DNA of 64,000 bases from NCBI RefSeq assembly GCF_963921235.1, contig NC_086097.1:196914001-196978000 (forward strand), written 5' to 3'. This document shows, one piece after another, positions 35,611 through 47,864 of the stretch; within the stretch, counting starts at the first letter, position 1; every line of letters starts with the position of its first letter. The notes beneath the pieces were generated by a model, which saw nothing but the letters and a program-made list of their open reading frames with translations, ran no database searches and was not told the DNA's origin. Both the position numbers and the translations under genes were made by a program. The DNA is from Mobula hypostoma (Eukaryota).

Positions 35611-36682
35611 AACATCTCTCCACTAACTGTTCTTGCACTCTGGTGCATATCCCCCCTGCAACTCCAGTTTAAATCCCGCTGTGCAGCTCCAGTAAACCTT
35701 CCTGCTAGGGTATTGGTTCCCTTCCATTTCAAGTGCAAACTGTCTCTTCTGTACAGGCCCCACCTTCCCTGAAAGAGAGCCCAATAACCCAAAAATCTTA
35801 TGCCCTCCCTCCTACACCAACTCCTTAGCCATGTGTTAAACTGTATAATCTTCCTCGTTTTGGCCTCACCAGCACATGGCATGGGCAGCAATCCTGAGAT
35901 CACAACCCTAGAGATCCTGCCCTTGAACTTAGCACCAAACGCCCTGAAAACCCTATGCAGAACCTTGTCACTCATCCTACCCATGTTATTGGTACCTAAA
36001 TGGACCCCAACCTCTGGCTGTTCACCCTCCCACCTAGAATGCTGAGGACTCGATCTGAGATTCTGAGATGCCCTTTACCCTGGCACCCGGGAGGCAACAT
36101 ACCATCCAGGAATCTCGTTCTCATCCACAGTACCTCCTTTCTGTTTCCCTAACTAAGGAATCTCCTATCAGCACAGCACGTCTCTTCTCCCCACTTCCCT
36201 TCTGAGTCACAGAGCCAAAGTCAGTGCCAGAGACTCGTCTACTGTGACTTTCCTCTTGTTAAGTTAACCATCCTCCCCAGCAGTCTCCAAAGTGATTTGC
36301 GTGTTGTTGAGGGGAATGGCCACAGGAGTACCCTGCACTGGCTGTTTAACCCCTTTCTCCTTTCTGACTGTCGCCCACTTTCCTGTGTCCTGCACTTTCA
36401 GTGTAACTATTTCTATATGTCCTATTTATTACACCCTCAGCCTCTTGAATGATCTGGAGTTCATCCAGTTCCAGCTCTAACTCCTTGACGTGAATTGTAT
36501 GAAGTTGCATCTGGATGCACTTCTTGCATCGTCAGGAAGTGTGGTGTGGTTGTCAGGATCACTGGATGTCTCCCTGTCTTCCCACATTCTGCAAGAGGAG
36601 CATTCCACTATTCTGCCTGGGATTTCTGCTGTTCTGACTGAGCAAATGTGAAGAAGGTGGAAAAAATAACCCTTGTCTACAG

Positions 36683-36783
36683 GCAACACACATCAAAGTT
36701 GCTGGTGAACGCAGCAGGCCAGGCAGCATCTCTAGGAAGAGGTGCAGTCGACGTTTCAGGCTTGAGACCCTTTGTCAGGACAG
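36683..36783 (-). mobile_element. Penelope terminal mini-insertion with hammerhead motif
   Basis: TSD CTACAG at 36677-36682 and 36784-36789; minus strand gtc-CTGACAA-agggtctcaagcct-GAAAC-GTC-gac. Confidence 0.85.
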
Positions 36784-37523
36784 CTACAGCTTTTTTTTGC
36801 CTTCTCTGACTGAAGCCTCAAAGAGCCTAAAGCCTCAAAATTCCGCTGTAACACTGTCCTCTCCAAGGTGGCCACTGCAATGACGGCAGTGTTGCTTGCT
36901 CTTGCCTTACTTGAATTTGTTCTTGCTAATCGATCCCAAACACTGATTGGCTGCTGGTCAAAGCTCAAAAACTGCCGGGAGTTGCTGCCTTTTCCACTCA
37001 ATCAGGAAACCTGAGTGAATTTTGTCTTCTCAGGCTTCTGATCTCTCTGATTGACCACTGCTCAAAGCGCCAAAACTGTGGTGAGTTGCTGCCTTTTCTA
37101 CTCGATCAGTGAATCTGAGTGAATTGCATCTATATGATGCAATGCTGCAGCTATCCAGATACTTTGACAATTTCAAACAAGCCTATGAACATAACTACCG
37201 AGGAGGATGGGGAGTGTAGGCAAATAGGAGCATAACCACTTGCAAGGCACAAGTCATTGTGGCCATAAATAACTTGTAAAGCATAGATTATGGTTTACAA
37301 GAGCAACTCACCACTACTTACATAAATACCATTTGAAGGTAGGTAACTAATGGTTGGCTTGATTACATTTCTTACATCCTGGGTATGGAAAAAAAAATTT
37401 AAGTACTGTAGGCAAAAGGTTGCATGGCTTCTAATGCACTTTTAAAGTACCACATCAATACTTTGTTCTTAAAGCTGATTTGCATGCATAATAAAATTTG
37501 CACTTCTAAATTTTATCCTCTAG

Positions 37524-37602
37524 CAAATTGTTCCATGTGCGCCCTGTAACACAAGGTGATGTATACAGGGCAGAAACTGGAGAAATCCCTCGGATATTCC
37601 AG
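37524..37602 (+). CDS. ROCK1: ROCK1 exon, PH domain
   Basis: cctctAG|C AAA TTG...TTC CAG|gtgggc; KLFHVRPVTQGDVYRAETGEIPRIFQ; 79 nt. Confidence 0.97.
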
Positions 37603-38451
37603 GTGGGCGCTCAAGAATTTTTCATTTAAATTTCAGTTTTTCTTATATGTAATAATCTGTATTTCAGTTTTGTGAAGGATATCAATGAAAAAGTTAGATG
37701 TGACAGTTTTACATATTGTGTTGGAGTTTGTTATAGATTTACTGCTAATTAAGCTGAAATTATTTAGCAACCTGGACAAGAGCACAAGAAATTGGGAGTA
37801 GGAGTAGGACACCTTGCCCTTCAAAGCTACCCTGCCATTCAATATGATCCTGGCTGATCTGCTCCTTTATTAATCGAATTATTTATAGTCCTGAACTGAA
37901 GGACAATGAGAGTCATCCTGCTGGAACCCATATAAAGAAGGGTTGGGGAAGGGATTGTACATTAAAGAGCTATGGGTCCATAAGTTGGAGGGGAAGAAAG
38001 ATGGGCACCTTATAGTGCAAGGAAGAGGAGGAGAAACTGAAGAGTTGAAGGAGATGAACTTTTGTAATTAAAGACCACATTGGAGGATAAGATGGAGTGA
38101 AGAATTAACCTAGAATTTACCACGTTCATCCCTGTAAAACAGACATTTATTATGCAAGTGCAAGCTTTCTTGAGAATTGTTTAAATCCTAATTATTGACC
38201 AGGCTCAACCAGTAGCTTCCTAGCTGTGCTTCACGAGTTGACTTCATATGGTGTCCAGTGCTGAGGCAGGAATTTGCTTTGCTTTTGAACATGTGCACTG
38301 GAGAATCTACTGTTTCATTCTATACCAGGTAAAACTGATGCAGGGTATATGAGCCAACTTATTTGAATGGAAGTTTTATACTGACAAGGAAGAAAGATAA
38401 GATAACATTTCCTAAAGAAGTTGTGTTCTTAAGCATTGCAGGACAATTTTA

Positions 38452-39660
38452 GAAACATAGAAAACTTAAAGCATAAAGCAGGCCTTTTGGCCCACAAAGC
38501 TGTGACGAACATGTCCTTACCTTAGAAATTACCTAGGGTTACCCATAGCCCTCTTTTTCTAAGCTCCATGGACCTATCCAGGAGCCTCTTAAAAGACCCG
38601 ATTGTATCCCCCTCCACCACAATTGCCAGCAGTCCATTCCATCCACTCACCACTCTGTGCTTAAAAAAAAACTTACCCCTGACATCTCCTCTGTATCTAC
38701 TTCCAAACACCTTAAAACTGTGCCCTCTCATGTTAGCCATTTCATCCCTGGAAAAAAGCCTCTGACTATCCACACAATCAGTGCCTCTCACCTTATACAC
38801 CTCTATCAGGTCACCTCTCATCCTCCGTCGCTCCAAGGAGAAAAGGCCGAGTTTGCTCAACCTATTCTCATAAGGCGTGCTCCCCAATCCAGGCAACATC
38901 CTTGTAAATCTCTTCTGCACCCTTTCTACAATTTCCACATCCTTCCTGTAGTGAGGTGACCAGAACTGAGCACAGTACTCTGTGGGGTCTGACCAAGGTC
39001 CTATATAGATGTAACATTACCTCTCGGCTCTTAAAGTCAATCCCATGGTTGATGAAGGCCAATGCACCGTATGCCGCCTTAACTGCAGAGTCAACCTGTG
39101 CAGCAGCTTTGAGTGTCCTATGGACTCGGACCCCAAGATCCCTCTGATCCTCCATGCTGCCAAGAGTCTTACCATTAATACTCTATTCTGCCATCATATT
39201 TGACCTACCAAAATGAACCATATCACACTTATCTGGGTTGGACTCCATCTGCCACTACTCAGTCCAGTTTTGCATCCTATCGATGTCCCGCTGTAACCTC
39301 TGACAGCCCTCCACGCTATCCACAACACCCCCAACCTTTGTGTCATCAGCAAATTTACTAACCCATCTCTCCACGTCCTCATCCAGGTCGTTTATAAAAA
39401 TCACAAAGAGAAGGGGTCCCAGAACAGATACCTGAGGCACACCACTGGTCACTGACCTCCATGCAGAATATGACCCGTCTACAACCACTCTTTGCCTTCT
39501 GTGAGCAAGCCAATTCTGGATTCACAAAGCAAAGTCCCCTTGGATCCCGTGCCTCCTTACTTTCTCAATAAGCCTTGCATGGGGTACCTTATCAAATGCC
39601 TTGCTGAAATCCATATACACTGCATCTATTGTTCTACCTTCATCAATATGTTTAGTCACA
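38452..39660 (-). mobile_element. 5'-truncated CR1 LINE
   Basis: ORFs 39255-39488 ([16 protein letters not shown]), 38868-39155 and 38522-38938. Confidence 0.92.
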
Positions 39661-40251
39661 TCGCTATTTTAACCATTCAACTTTTACAGTTTATTTCCTG
39701 TCTATTAGTTGATCTTGCTGAATATTAGGGACAGTCAGAAGCACAAAGAAATAGTCAACTTTGACAGAATTTATGGGTGCACCGAGCTCTCAGCTGAAAG
39801 ATTTGTCAGAAAGAAATTTGTTGGCCTATTTGTTTTGAAATTTACCACTCAGCTCCAGAGCACTTTCAGTCAACAAGATCAGCATTCCAGTTGCAGCTAC
39901 AGTCAATTGTAATATCACAACATTAATGGCAAGTGCAGGCTCACTCAACAAATTCTGGGCCTTTGTCATGTGCTATCTCTGGCGCACATATACAGTTCAA
40001 ATGACTGGAAGTAGGTGTAGTGGGTTGTACACATCATGTGACTTGCCATGTGCAATAACAGTTCCATTTTAGTATCAAGGAAAAACATTGATTTTGACAT
40101 TTACTCAGGTTTCCTGCTTCATAGGTATTATCTTGGACTAAAATGTTTCTGGACAGAATTATTCATGTGGTCTTGTGGTTTCCAGCTATGGCTCTAACCA
40201 CTTAGTTCAGTTATTGTGTTTGAATAAACTGTACATTATTTGATCTTTCAG

Positions 40252-40513
40252 ATATTATATGCCAATGAGGGTGAATGTCGGAAGGATGTGGAAGCAGAAA
40301 CTGTGCAATCAGTGGAAAAGCCTGATTTTATACCTCATAAAGGTCATGAATTTATTCCTACACTTTATCATTTTCCCACAAATTGTGAAGCTTGTGCAAA
40401 GCCTCTGTGGCATGTTTTCAAACCACCAGCTGCATTGGAGTGCAGGCGATGCCATGTTAAGTGCCATAAGGATCATTTGGATAAAAAGGAAGACATGATT
40501 GTACCATGCAAAG
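40252..40513 (+). CDS. ROCK1: ROCK1 exon, cysteine-rich C1 domain inserted in PH
   Basis: ctttcAG|ATA TTA...AAA G|gtagga; ILYANEGECRKD...HKGHEFIPTLYHFPTNCEACAKPLWHVFKPPAALECRRCHVKCHKDHLDKKEDMIVPCK; 262 nt. Confidence 0.98.
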
Positions 40514-40827
40514 GTAGGAATTATTTCTAACAATGAAAACAGCATTGATTGTCATCGTTCACGCTTAACTGCATCATTACAAGAGACAATTTATATGAAA
40601 TTTGCTTTTCCTTTGGACTGAAGCTTACATAAATATGTAAATTTGATACCTTTTCATTTTACCAGCAATTATGAGCTCCACACAATCTCCATTTTTAAAT
40701 TATATCGGCATAATATTGTCAGTCCATTGTACTTTGGCCAAAGCTAATCATTAAGGTCACTAGAATATGGGAGAGGGAGTTTGAAAACTTGCGTGCAATA
40801 TTTTAAGAGTATGTATTTTCTTTTTAG

Positions 40828-41044
40828 TGAATTATGATGTCAACACAGCTAGGGATATGCTACTACTGGCGTGCTCTCAGGATGAACAGAAGAAATGGAT
40901 TGGACATTTAGTGAAGAAAATTCCTAAGAATCCTCCGGCTGTCTCAAGTTTTGTGCGTGCTTCTCCCAGGTCATCAAGTACAAGATCGGCGCCAAATCAG
41001 TCTTTTCGCAAACCTGCCAAACATATTGTCCCAGTCAAGCCCAG
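40828..41044 (+). CDS. ROCK1: ROCK1 penultimate exon, C-terminal half of PH and tail
   Basis: tttttAG|TG AAT...CCC AG|gtaata; (V)NYDVNTARDMLLLACSQDEQKKWIGHLVKKIPKNPPAVSSFVRASPRSSSTRSAPNQSFRKPAKHIVPVKP; 217 nt. Confidence 0.96.
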
Positions 41045-41137
41045 GTAATAAATAAGCAAATAGATATTCTTTTGATGTAACTGAATAGAAAATAAAATTA
41101 CAAATATTTGTACTTTTGCAGGATTAAGTGGATAGTT

Positions 41138-43550
41138 AGACCATAAGACAGAGGAGCAGAATTAGGCTGTTCAGCCTATCAAGTCTGCTTCGCCATTCCT
41201 TCATGGCTGATTCCAGATCCCACTCAACCCTGTACACCTGCCTTCTCACAATATCCTTTGATGCCCTGACCAATCAAGAAACAATTAACTCCACCTTAAA
41301 TATACCCACGGACTTGGCTTCCACCGCAGTCTGTGGCTGAGCATCCCACAGATTCACTACTCTCTGGTTTAAAAAAAATTCCTCCTTACCTCTGTTCTAA
41401 AAGATTCCCCCCTCAATTTTGAGGCTTTGCCTTCCATGGAAACATCCTCTCCACATCCATCCTATCTAGTCCTTTCAAAATTCGATAAGTTTCAATGAGA
41501 TGCTCCTCCTCTCTCCCCCCATCCCCCCCCCCGGTATTCTTCTAAATTCCAGTGCGTACAGGCCTAAAGTTGCCAAACCACTCCTCATATGTTAACCCCT
41601 TCATTTCCCGAATCATCCTTGTGAACCTTCTCTGGACTCGCTCCAATTACAACACATCCTTTCTGAGATATGGAGCCCAACACTGCTGACAATACTCCCA
41701 AGTGCAACGTGACTACTGTCTTATAAAGGCTCAGTATTATCTACTGGCTTTTTTATTCTATTCCCCTTGAAATAAATGCCAACATTGCATTTACCTCTTT
41801 CACCACAAGCTCAACCTGTAAATTAACCGTCTGGGAGTCTTTGCATCTGTAATGTTTGAACCTTCTCTCCATTTAGATAATAGTTTGCACTATTGTTCCT
41901 TTTACCAAAATGTTTTATCATACATTTCTCAACACTATTCCATCTGCCACCTTTTTGCCCATTATTTCAATTTGTCTAAGTCCTACTGCAATCACATTGC
42001 TTCCTCAGCACTACCTACCCCTCCAATTATCTTCATATCATCCACAAACTTTGCCACAAAGCCATCAATTCCATTATCCAAATCATTTACAAACAATGTG
42101 AAAGGTACTGAGCCCTAAGGAACACCAATAGTCACCGGCAGCCAACCAGAAAAGACCCCTTTTATTCCCACTTGCTGCCTTCTGCCTGTCAGCCATTCCG
42201 CTACCCATGCCAGTACCTTTCCTGTAACACAACTGGATTTTATTTTGTTAAGCAGCCTCATGTAGCATCTTATCAGATGCCTTCTGAAAATTCAAGTAAA
42301 TAATGTCCACTGCCTCTCCTTTGTCCACCCTGCTTGTTACTCGAAGAACTCTTAACAGATTTATCAGGCAAGATTTCCCTTTACAGAAACCATGCTGACT
42401 TTGACTTATTTTATCATTAGTCTCCAAGTACCCTGGAACCTAATCCTTAATAATAGACTCTAACACTTTTTCCCAACCACTGAGGTTAGGTTAATTGCCT
42501 GTAATTTCCTTTCTTTTGCCTTCTTCCCTTATTAAGGAGTGTAGTGACATTTGCAATCTTCCAGTCCTCCCGGACCTTGCCAGAATCAAGTGATTCTTGA
42601 AAGATCACGATTAATGCATCTATTATGTCCAGCAACCTCTCTCAGGGCTCTGGGATGTAGTCCATCTGGTCCAGATGACTTATCCACCTGAAGATCTTTT
42701 GAGTTTGGCTGGCACTTTTTCCCCTGGCACTCACTCATGCTCCCTAACACTGATGGACCTCTGGCACACAACTAGTCTCTTCCACAGAGAAGACTGATGC
42801 AAAGTACCCATGAAGTTCATCTGCCATTTTTTTCCATTTCACCAGATCATTTTCAGCGGTCAAATGTCAGCTCTCACCTCCCTTTTACTCTTTATGTAAC
42901 TGAAAAACGTTTGGTGTCCTACTTTATATTATTGGCTAGTCTGCCCTCATATTTCATCTTTTCCCACCTTACTGCTGTTTTTAACTGCCTTTTGTTGGAT
43001 TTTAAAAGTGTCTCAATCATCCAACTCCCACTCACTTTTGCTACCTTGCATGCCTCTTTCTTGGCTTTTATGCAGTCCTTAACTTCCTTTGTCAGCCACA
43101 GTTGCCTATTCCTACTATCTGAGAACTTCGTACTCTATGGGATGTATCTATCCTGCACCTTGTGAACTTTTCCCAGAAACTTTAGCCATCTCTGCTCTGC
43201 CATCATCCCCTCCAATCCACCTGGCAAGCTCCTTTGGTCATGCCTCCATAATTCCCTTTATTCCATTGTGATACTGATACATGTAATTATACTTCACCCT
43301 CTCAAATTTGGACTGAGACCATAAGACCCAGAAGTAGAATTAGGCCATTCGGCCCATTGAGTCTGCTTCACTGTTTCATTCTGGTTGATCCAGATCCCAC
43401 TCAACCCCATACACATGCCTTCCCGCCATAACCTTTGATGCCCTGACCAGTCAGTAAACTAAGAATTTTCACTTTAAGAATAACCACAGTCTTTGTCTCC
43501 ACAGCTGTCTGTGGCAGATCATTCTAGAGATTCACTACTGTCTTTATCAT
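41138..43550 (-). mobile_element. Degenerate CR1 LINE plus a second tail (~43315-43545)
   Basis: QVDKSSGPDGLHPRALREVA remnant; CR1 tail agaccataagac. Confidence 0.85.
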
Positions 43551-43719
43551 GTACTGGTTCTTTGTACCATAATTGTCTCAAATTTAGTCATTGCCACTTC
43601 TGTCACTTCCATCAGACCATTTCACGAAATGCTGTTTTCCATCATTCTTTCTCTAAATGTGACCCTTGGTGAACCTCCACTCCTCCAACAGCTACAGGAT
43701 ACTCTGCATTATTTGCATA

Positions 43720-46045
43720 TTTCAGGGTCAGGAATGTCTCAGATCAATTCTTAAGGGGCAGAATGAGCAGCCACAAGTCATGATACATATTGGTACATAG
43801 GACATAGGTGTGAAAAGGGATGAAGCCCTGATGAGAAGTATATTGGAAGCTGAAAAGTAGGTCCTCTGGGGTGGTAATCCCAGGATTGCTGCCTGTGCCC
43901 TATGTTAAATGTTCTGTGGTTTAGGTATTTCAATAGTGAAAGGGAGGGTTTTGAAGAGATGGCATTGCTAATTATAGATGGTATCACAGCTGCAGAAAGG
44001 GAGGTTGTCATGCAGAAATTGTCTACTAAGTGTTGGTACAATTTAGAAACAGGAGGGAGCAATCACTAGTGGGAATATTCTCTTGACCTCCCCCTGCCCC
44101 CCCAAATAGCAACAGAGGCTGAGGAGCAGATCGGGAGGCAGATTTTGGAAAAGTGCAAAGATAGCAGAGTAGTTGTTATGGGTGATTTCAACTTCCATAA
44201 TATTGATTGGTAGTTGGTACAAAATATTTAAATGGGGTGGAATTTGTTAGTTGTGTCCAGGGAGGATTCCTGATTCAGTATGTAGGTAGGCAGATGAGAG
44301 GAGTGGCCATACTGGATTTGATTGTAGATAATGAATCTGGTCAGGTGACAGATGTGTCAAGTGAGGATTTCGGAGATAGTGACCACAACTAGTATGGGGA
44401 AGTATTTAATTGGAAGAGGTTGAATTATGATGCCGTTAGGCAGGAACTTGGGGGTGTAAATTGGAAACAGAAATGAGGTTGTTTAGGGAATACTTGCATT
44501 AGATTATGCATAGGTTGTCCCATTGGGGCAGGGATAGGATGTAAGGTGAAGGGACCGTGGTTGACAAGAGATGTAGAACATCTAGTGAAGAGGAAGAAAG
44601 GGGCATACTTAATGTTCAGGAATAAAGAATCAGACAAGGTTCTACAGAGTTACAAGGTAGCCAGGAAGAAGCTTAAGAATTGACATAGGAGAGCTGGAAG
44701 GAGATGTGGGAAGGCCTTGACGAGTAGGATGAAGGAAAATCCCAAGGCATTCTACATGTATGTGAAGAGCAGGAAGATGACGAGAGCGAAGGTCAGGAAT
44801 GGAAGGGAAAATGTGTGCTCAGAGTAAGAGGTATGAGAGGTACTCAATGAATACTTTGCTTTAGAATTCACAAGTGAGTGGGACCATGACAAGTATGGGG
44901 ATAATATAAAACATTATGCTTGAGCATAATGATGGAGGATGTGTTGGAACTATTGAAACACATCAGGATAGGTAATTTCCCACACCAGTTGGGATATGCC
45001 TGGGGTTACCATGGAAAGCAAGGGAAGAGATTGCTGCACCTTTGGCTTCAAGAGTAGTACCAGAAGACTGGAAGTTGCCAAATGTTAATACTTTATTCAA
45101 GAAAGATACTTGGGATAAATTTGGGAATTACAGACCAGTCTCTCATCAATTATCATCAAGCTATTAGAGAGGATATTTATATCCTTTTAAACAGGATTTT
45201 TTTTAGCATTTGGAGAAGCATAGTCTGTTTAGGAATAGTCAGCATGGCTTTGTAAAGGGGAAGTCATGCCTCATGACCCTGATAGAATTATTTGAGAAAG
45301 CAACTAAAGAAAATGATGAAGGTATGGTGTACACGGATTTTAGTAAGGCATTTTACAAGGTTCCTCGTGGTAGGCTCATTCAGAAAGTCAGGAAACTTGG
45401 CAATATAGATTCAGAATTGGCTGTCCACGGAAAACAGGGTGATAGTAGATGCTTGAAGGTCGATAACCCCTGGTGTTCCGCAGGGCTTAGTAAGTTTGCA
45501 GTTGACAGGAAGGTTGGTGGTGTTGTGGATAGTATAGAAGGTTGTTGTAGGTTACAATAGGACACTGATAGATTACAGAGCTGAGCTGAGAAGTGGCGGA
45601 TGGAGTTCAATCCAGAAAAGCGTGAAGTGGCCCACTGGAAGGTCGAACTTAACAGCAGGTACGGGGTTAATGGCAGGTTTCTTAGCTGTGTGGAGGAACA
45701 GTAATCTTGGGGTCCATGTCCATTGTTGCGGTGTAAATTGATAAGGTGGTTATGAAGATGTGTGGGATTGAGGATTATTTGGGGATTGAGTTCAAGTGTC
45801 ACAAGGTAATGTTGCAGGTTTGTAAAAATCTGGTTAGATCACACTTGGAATACTGTTCCTTTCTAGTTGCTTATTATAGGAAGGATGTGAAAGCTCTAGA
45901 AAGGGTGCAAAACAGATTTACTAGGATGCTGTCTGGATTAGAAAGTTTTTCTTATAGCGAATGATTGCATGAGCTAGGGTTTTTCTCTTTGGAGAGCAGG
46001 AGAATGAGAGGTAACATCGTGGGCCGAAGGGCTTGTACTGCTCTG
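43720..46045 (+). mobile_element. Degenerate CR1 LINE (ORF1, EN and RT remnants)
   Basis: ORFs 44207-44392 (FGDSDHN), 45210-45560 (SQHGFVKGKSC) and 45746-45964. Confidence 0.85.
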
Positions 46046-46699
46046 TCTCAGTTACCTTGGGACCAACTACTGGAGTTCCTTCACTATCTCCCACAACCCC
46101 TTTCTTTGTCTGGTCGAATTAATAACATTTTGATTAAACACCTCCTAATACATCATTAATTTTGGTTGCAATTCATCTATATCAACATCTTTCGGGATGC
46201 AGCATGGGCTGTTATCACTTGTTTGTATTTAAATCATGTATCCACTTCATGACTAAGGGAAATGATACCTACAAATTTGATCCCCAGCAGTCGATTTCAT
46301 TGAATGAGAAGTGATGTAGTGAAGAGAAAGGGAAATGAAAGTATCTTTATAATAAAGCCACTAAGTCATGTTTTAACATCTAATCTCTGGAATTCTTTTC
46401 TAATCCTTTTACTATTCCATATCTCACTGCTTATAAATATGTCTCTGATTAAGCCTTTGCTTCACCTCAGCTAATGTATCTTTGACTGACTGGCACTTGT
46501 TGAATTGACTCTTGTGATGTGCCTGGTAGCAATGTGGAATGGCATAAGTCCTTTGGGTCCACAGAGTCAGTGCTAACCAATGTGCATCCATTTTAATTCT
46601 GCACCATTCTCATTTTATTCTGCCCACATTCCCAGGCTCTGCCACTCTCCTACATGCTAGGGGCAATTTACTGCAGCAACTTGCATATCTTCACCATCT

Positions 46700-46960
46700 G
46701 GGAGTTGCCCTCTTCTTGTTATCGTCATCAGGGAGGAAGTACAGGAGCCTGAAGAGGCACATTCAGTATTTTAACCACACTTTCTTCCACTCTACCACCA
46801 GATCTCTGAATGGTCCACGGACTCATAACACGACCTCGCTATTCCTCTTTTGTTGTATTTATTATTTTATTGTCACTATTTTTTGTCTTGCTCTGTATTG
46901 CTACCACAAAATAAGAAATTTCATGATATATGTCAGTTATAACAAACCTGATTTTGATGT
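46700..46960 (+). mobile_element. Rex1-like 3' end
   Basis: LSSSGRKYRSLK...FFHSTTRSLN remnant followed by a T-rich tail. Confidence 0.7.
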
Positions 46961-47299
46961 ATTTGGTGCGAGAGCAGCTCGGAAAACTCGCGTGTTCACA
47001 CAAAACATGCAGAAATTTGGGACTGAATGCCAGATTGCAAGAGCTTCGAAAACATACACTGCTGTCCAAACTGCTTGGTGTCAATTTGTTAAGATGTTGT
47101 AGTTTGAAGAATGGGAAGAAACTAAAACTAGTAATACGGCACGTGACTGAAATAAAAATTACAATGAGGAAGATATCTGGCTTTGGTGATGTAGAAGTAA
47201 TGATTTATTAAGTAGGTGCTTATGACTATCGTGAAAATAGTGGCTTTGAACTCACTGGAATTCAGCTGCAACATTACCTTGTGACTCTTGAACTCAATC

Positions 47300-47735
47300 C
47301 CCAATAGTGGATATATAGGCTTTGGAGGCGGTGCATAGGGGGTTCACCAGATTGATTCCAGAGATGAGGGGGTTAGACTATGAGGAGAGATTGAGTCGCC
47401 TGGGACTGTACTCACTGGAATTCAGAAGAATGAGAGATCTTACAGAAATTTATAAAATTATGAAAGGAATATATAAGGTAGAGGCAGGAAAGTTGTTTCC
47501 ACTGATAGGTGAGACTAGAACTAGGAGACATAGTCTCAAGATTTGGGGGAGTAGAGTCAGGATGGAGATGAGGAGGAACTGCTTTTCCCAGAGAGTAGTG
47601 AATCTGGAGAATTCTTTGCCCAATGAGGCAGCGGTGGAGATGAGTCCAAGGCCAGATCAGCCATGATCTTATTGAATGGTGGAGCAGGCTCGACAGGCCT
47701 GATGGCCGACTCCTGCTCCTGTGTCTTATGTTCTT
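47300..47735 (+). mobile_element. CR1 3' end
   Basis: ORF 47322-47666 (YEERLSRLGLYSLEFRRMR...FSQRVVNL). Confidence 0.9.
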
Positions 47736-47860
47736 AGTGGCTTACTGTAAAATTCAGTTAAAATAACATATTTTCAAACTAATTGCTACTATTTGGTGGC
47801 ATTTTTACTTCAGATATATGGAGAAGTTCTGTTGATTGTGATTTTTCTTTTCTTTTTCAG

Positions 47861-47864
47861 CTAA
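47861..47864 (+). CDS. ROCK1: ROCK1 last exon, coding part (completes Ser codon, then TAA)
   Basis: Long polypyrimidine tract ending ttttcAG|C TAA ccat; AG+C=AGC (Ser) then stop; same 4-nt coding layout as I recall for mammalian ROCK1. Confidence 0.9.

Larger units (their letters stand above)
32615..37130 (-). mobile_element. Near full-length degenerate CR1 with three nested inserts
   Basis: 5' CSSCRMWE (36477-36689), SGNH-type ORF1 (35604-35984), [21 protein letters not shown], 3' tail; ~52-bp repeat in the 5'UTR (36969 and 37074). Confidence 0.9.

Noticed and set aside
40259..40545. Overlapping alternative-frame and antisense ORFs on the C1 exon
   Set aside because: These are shadows of the real ROCK1 exon.
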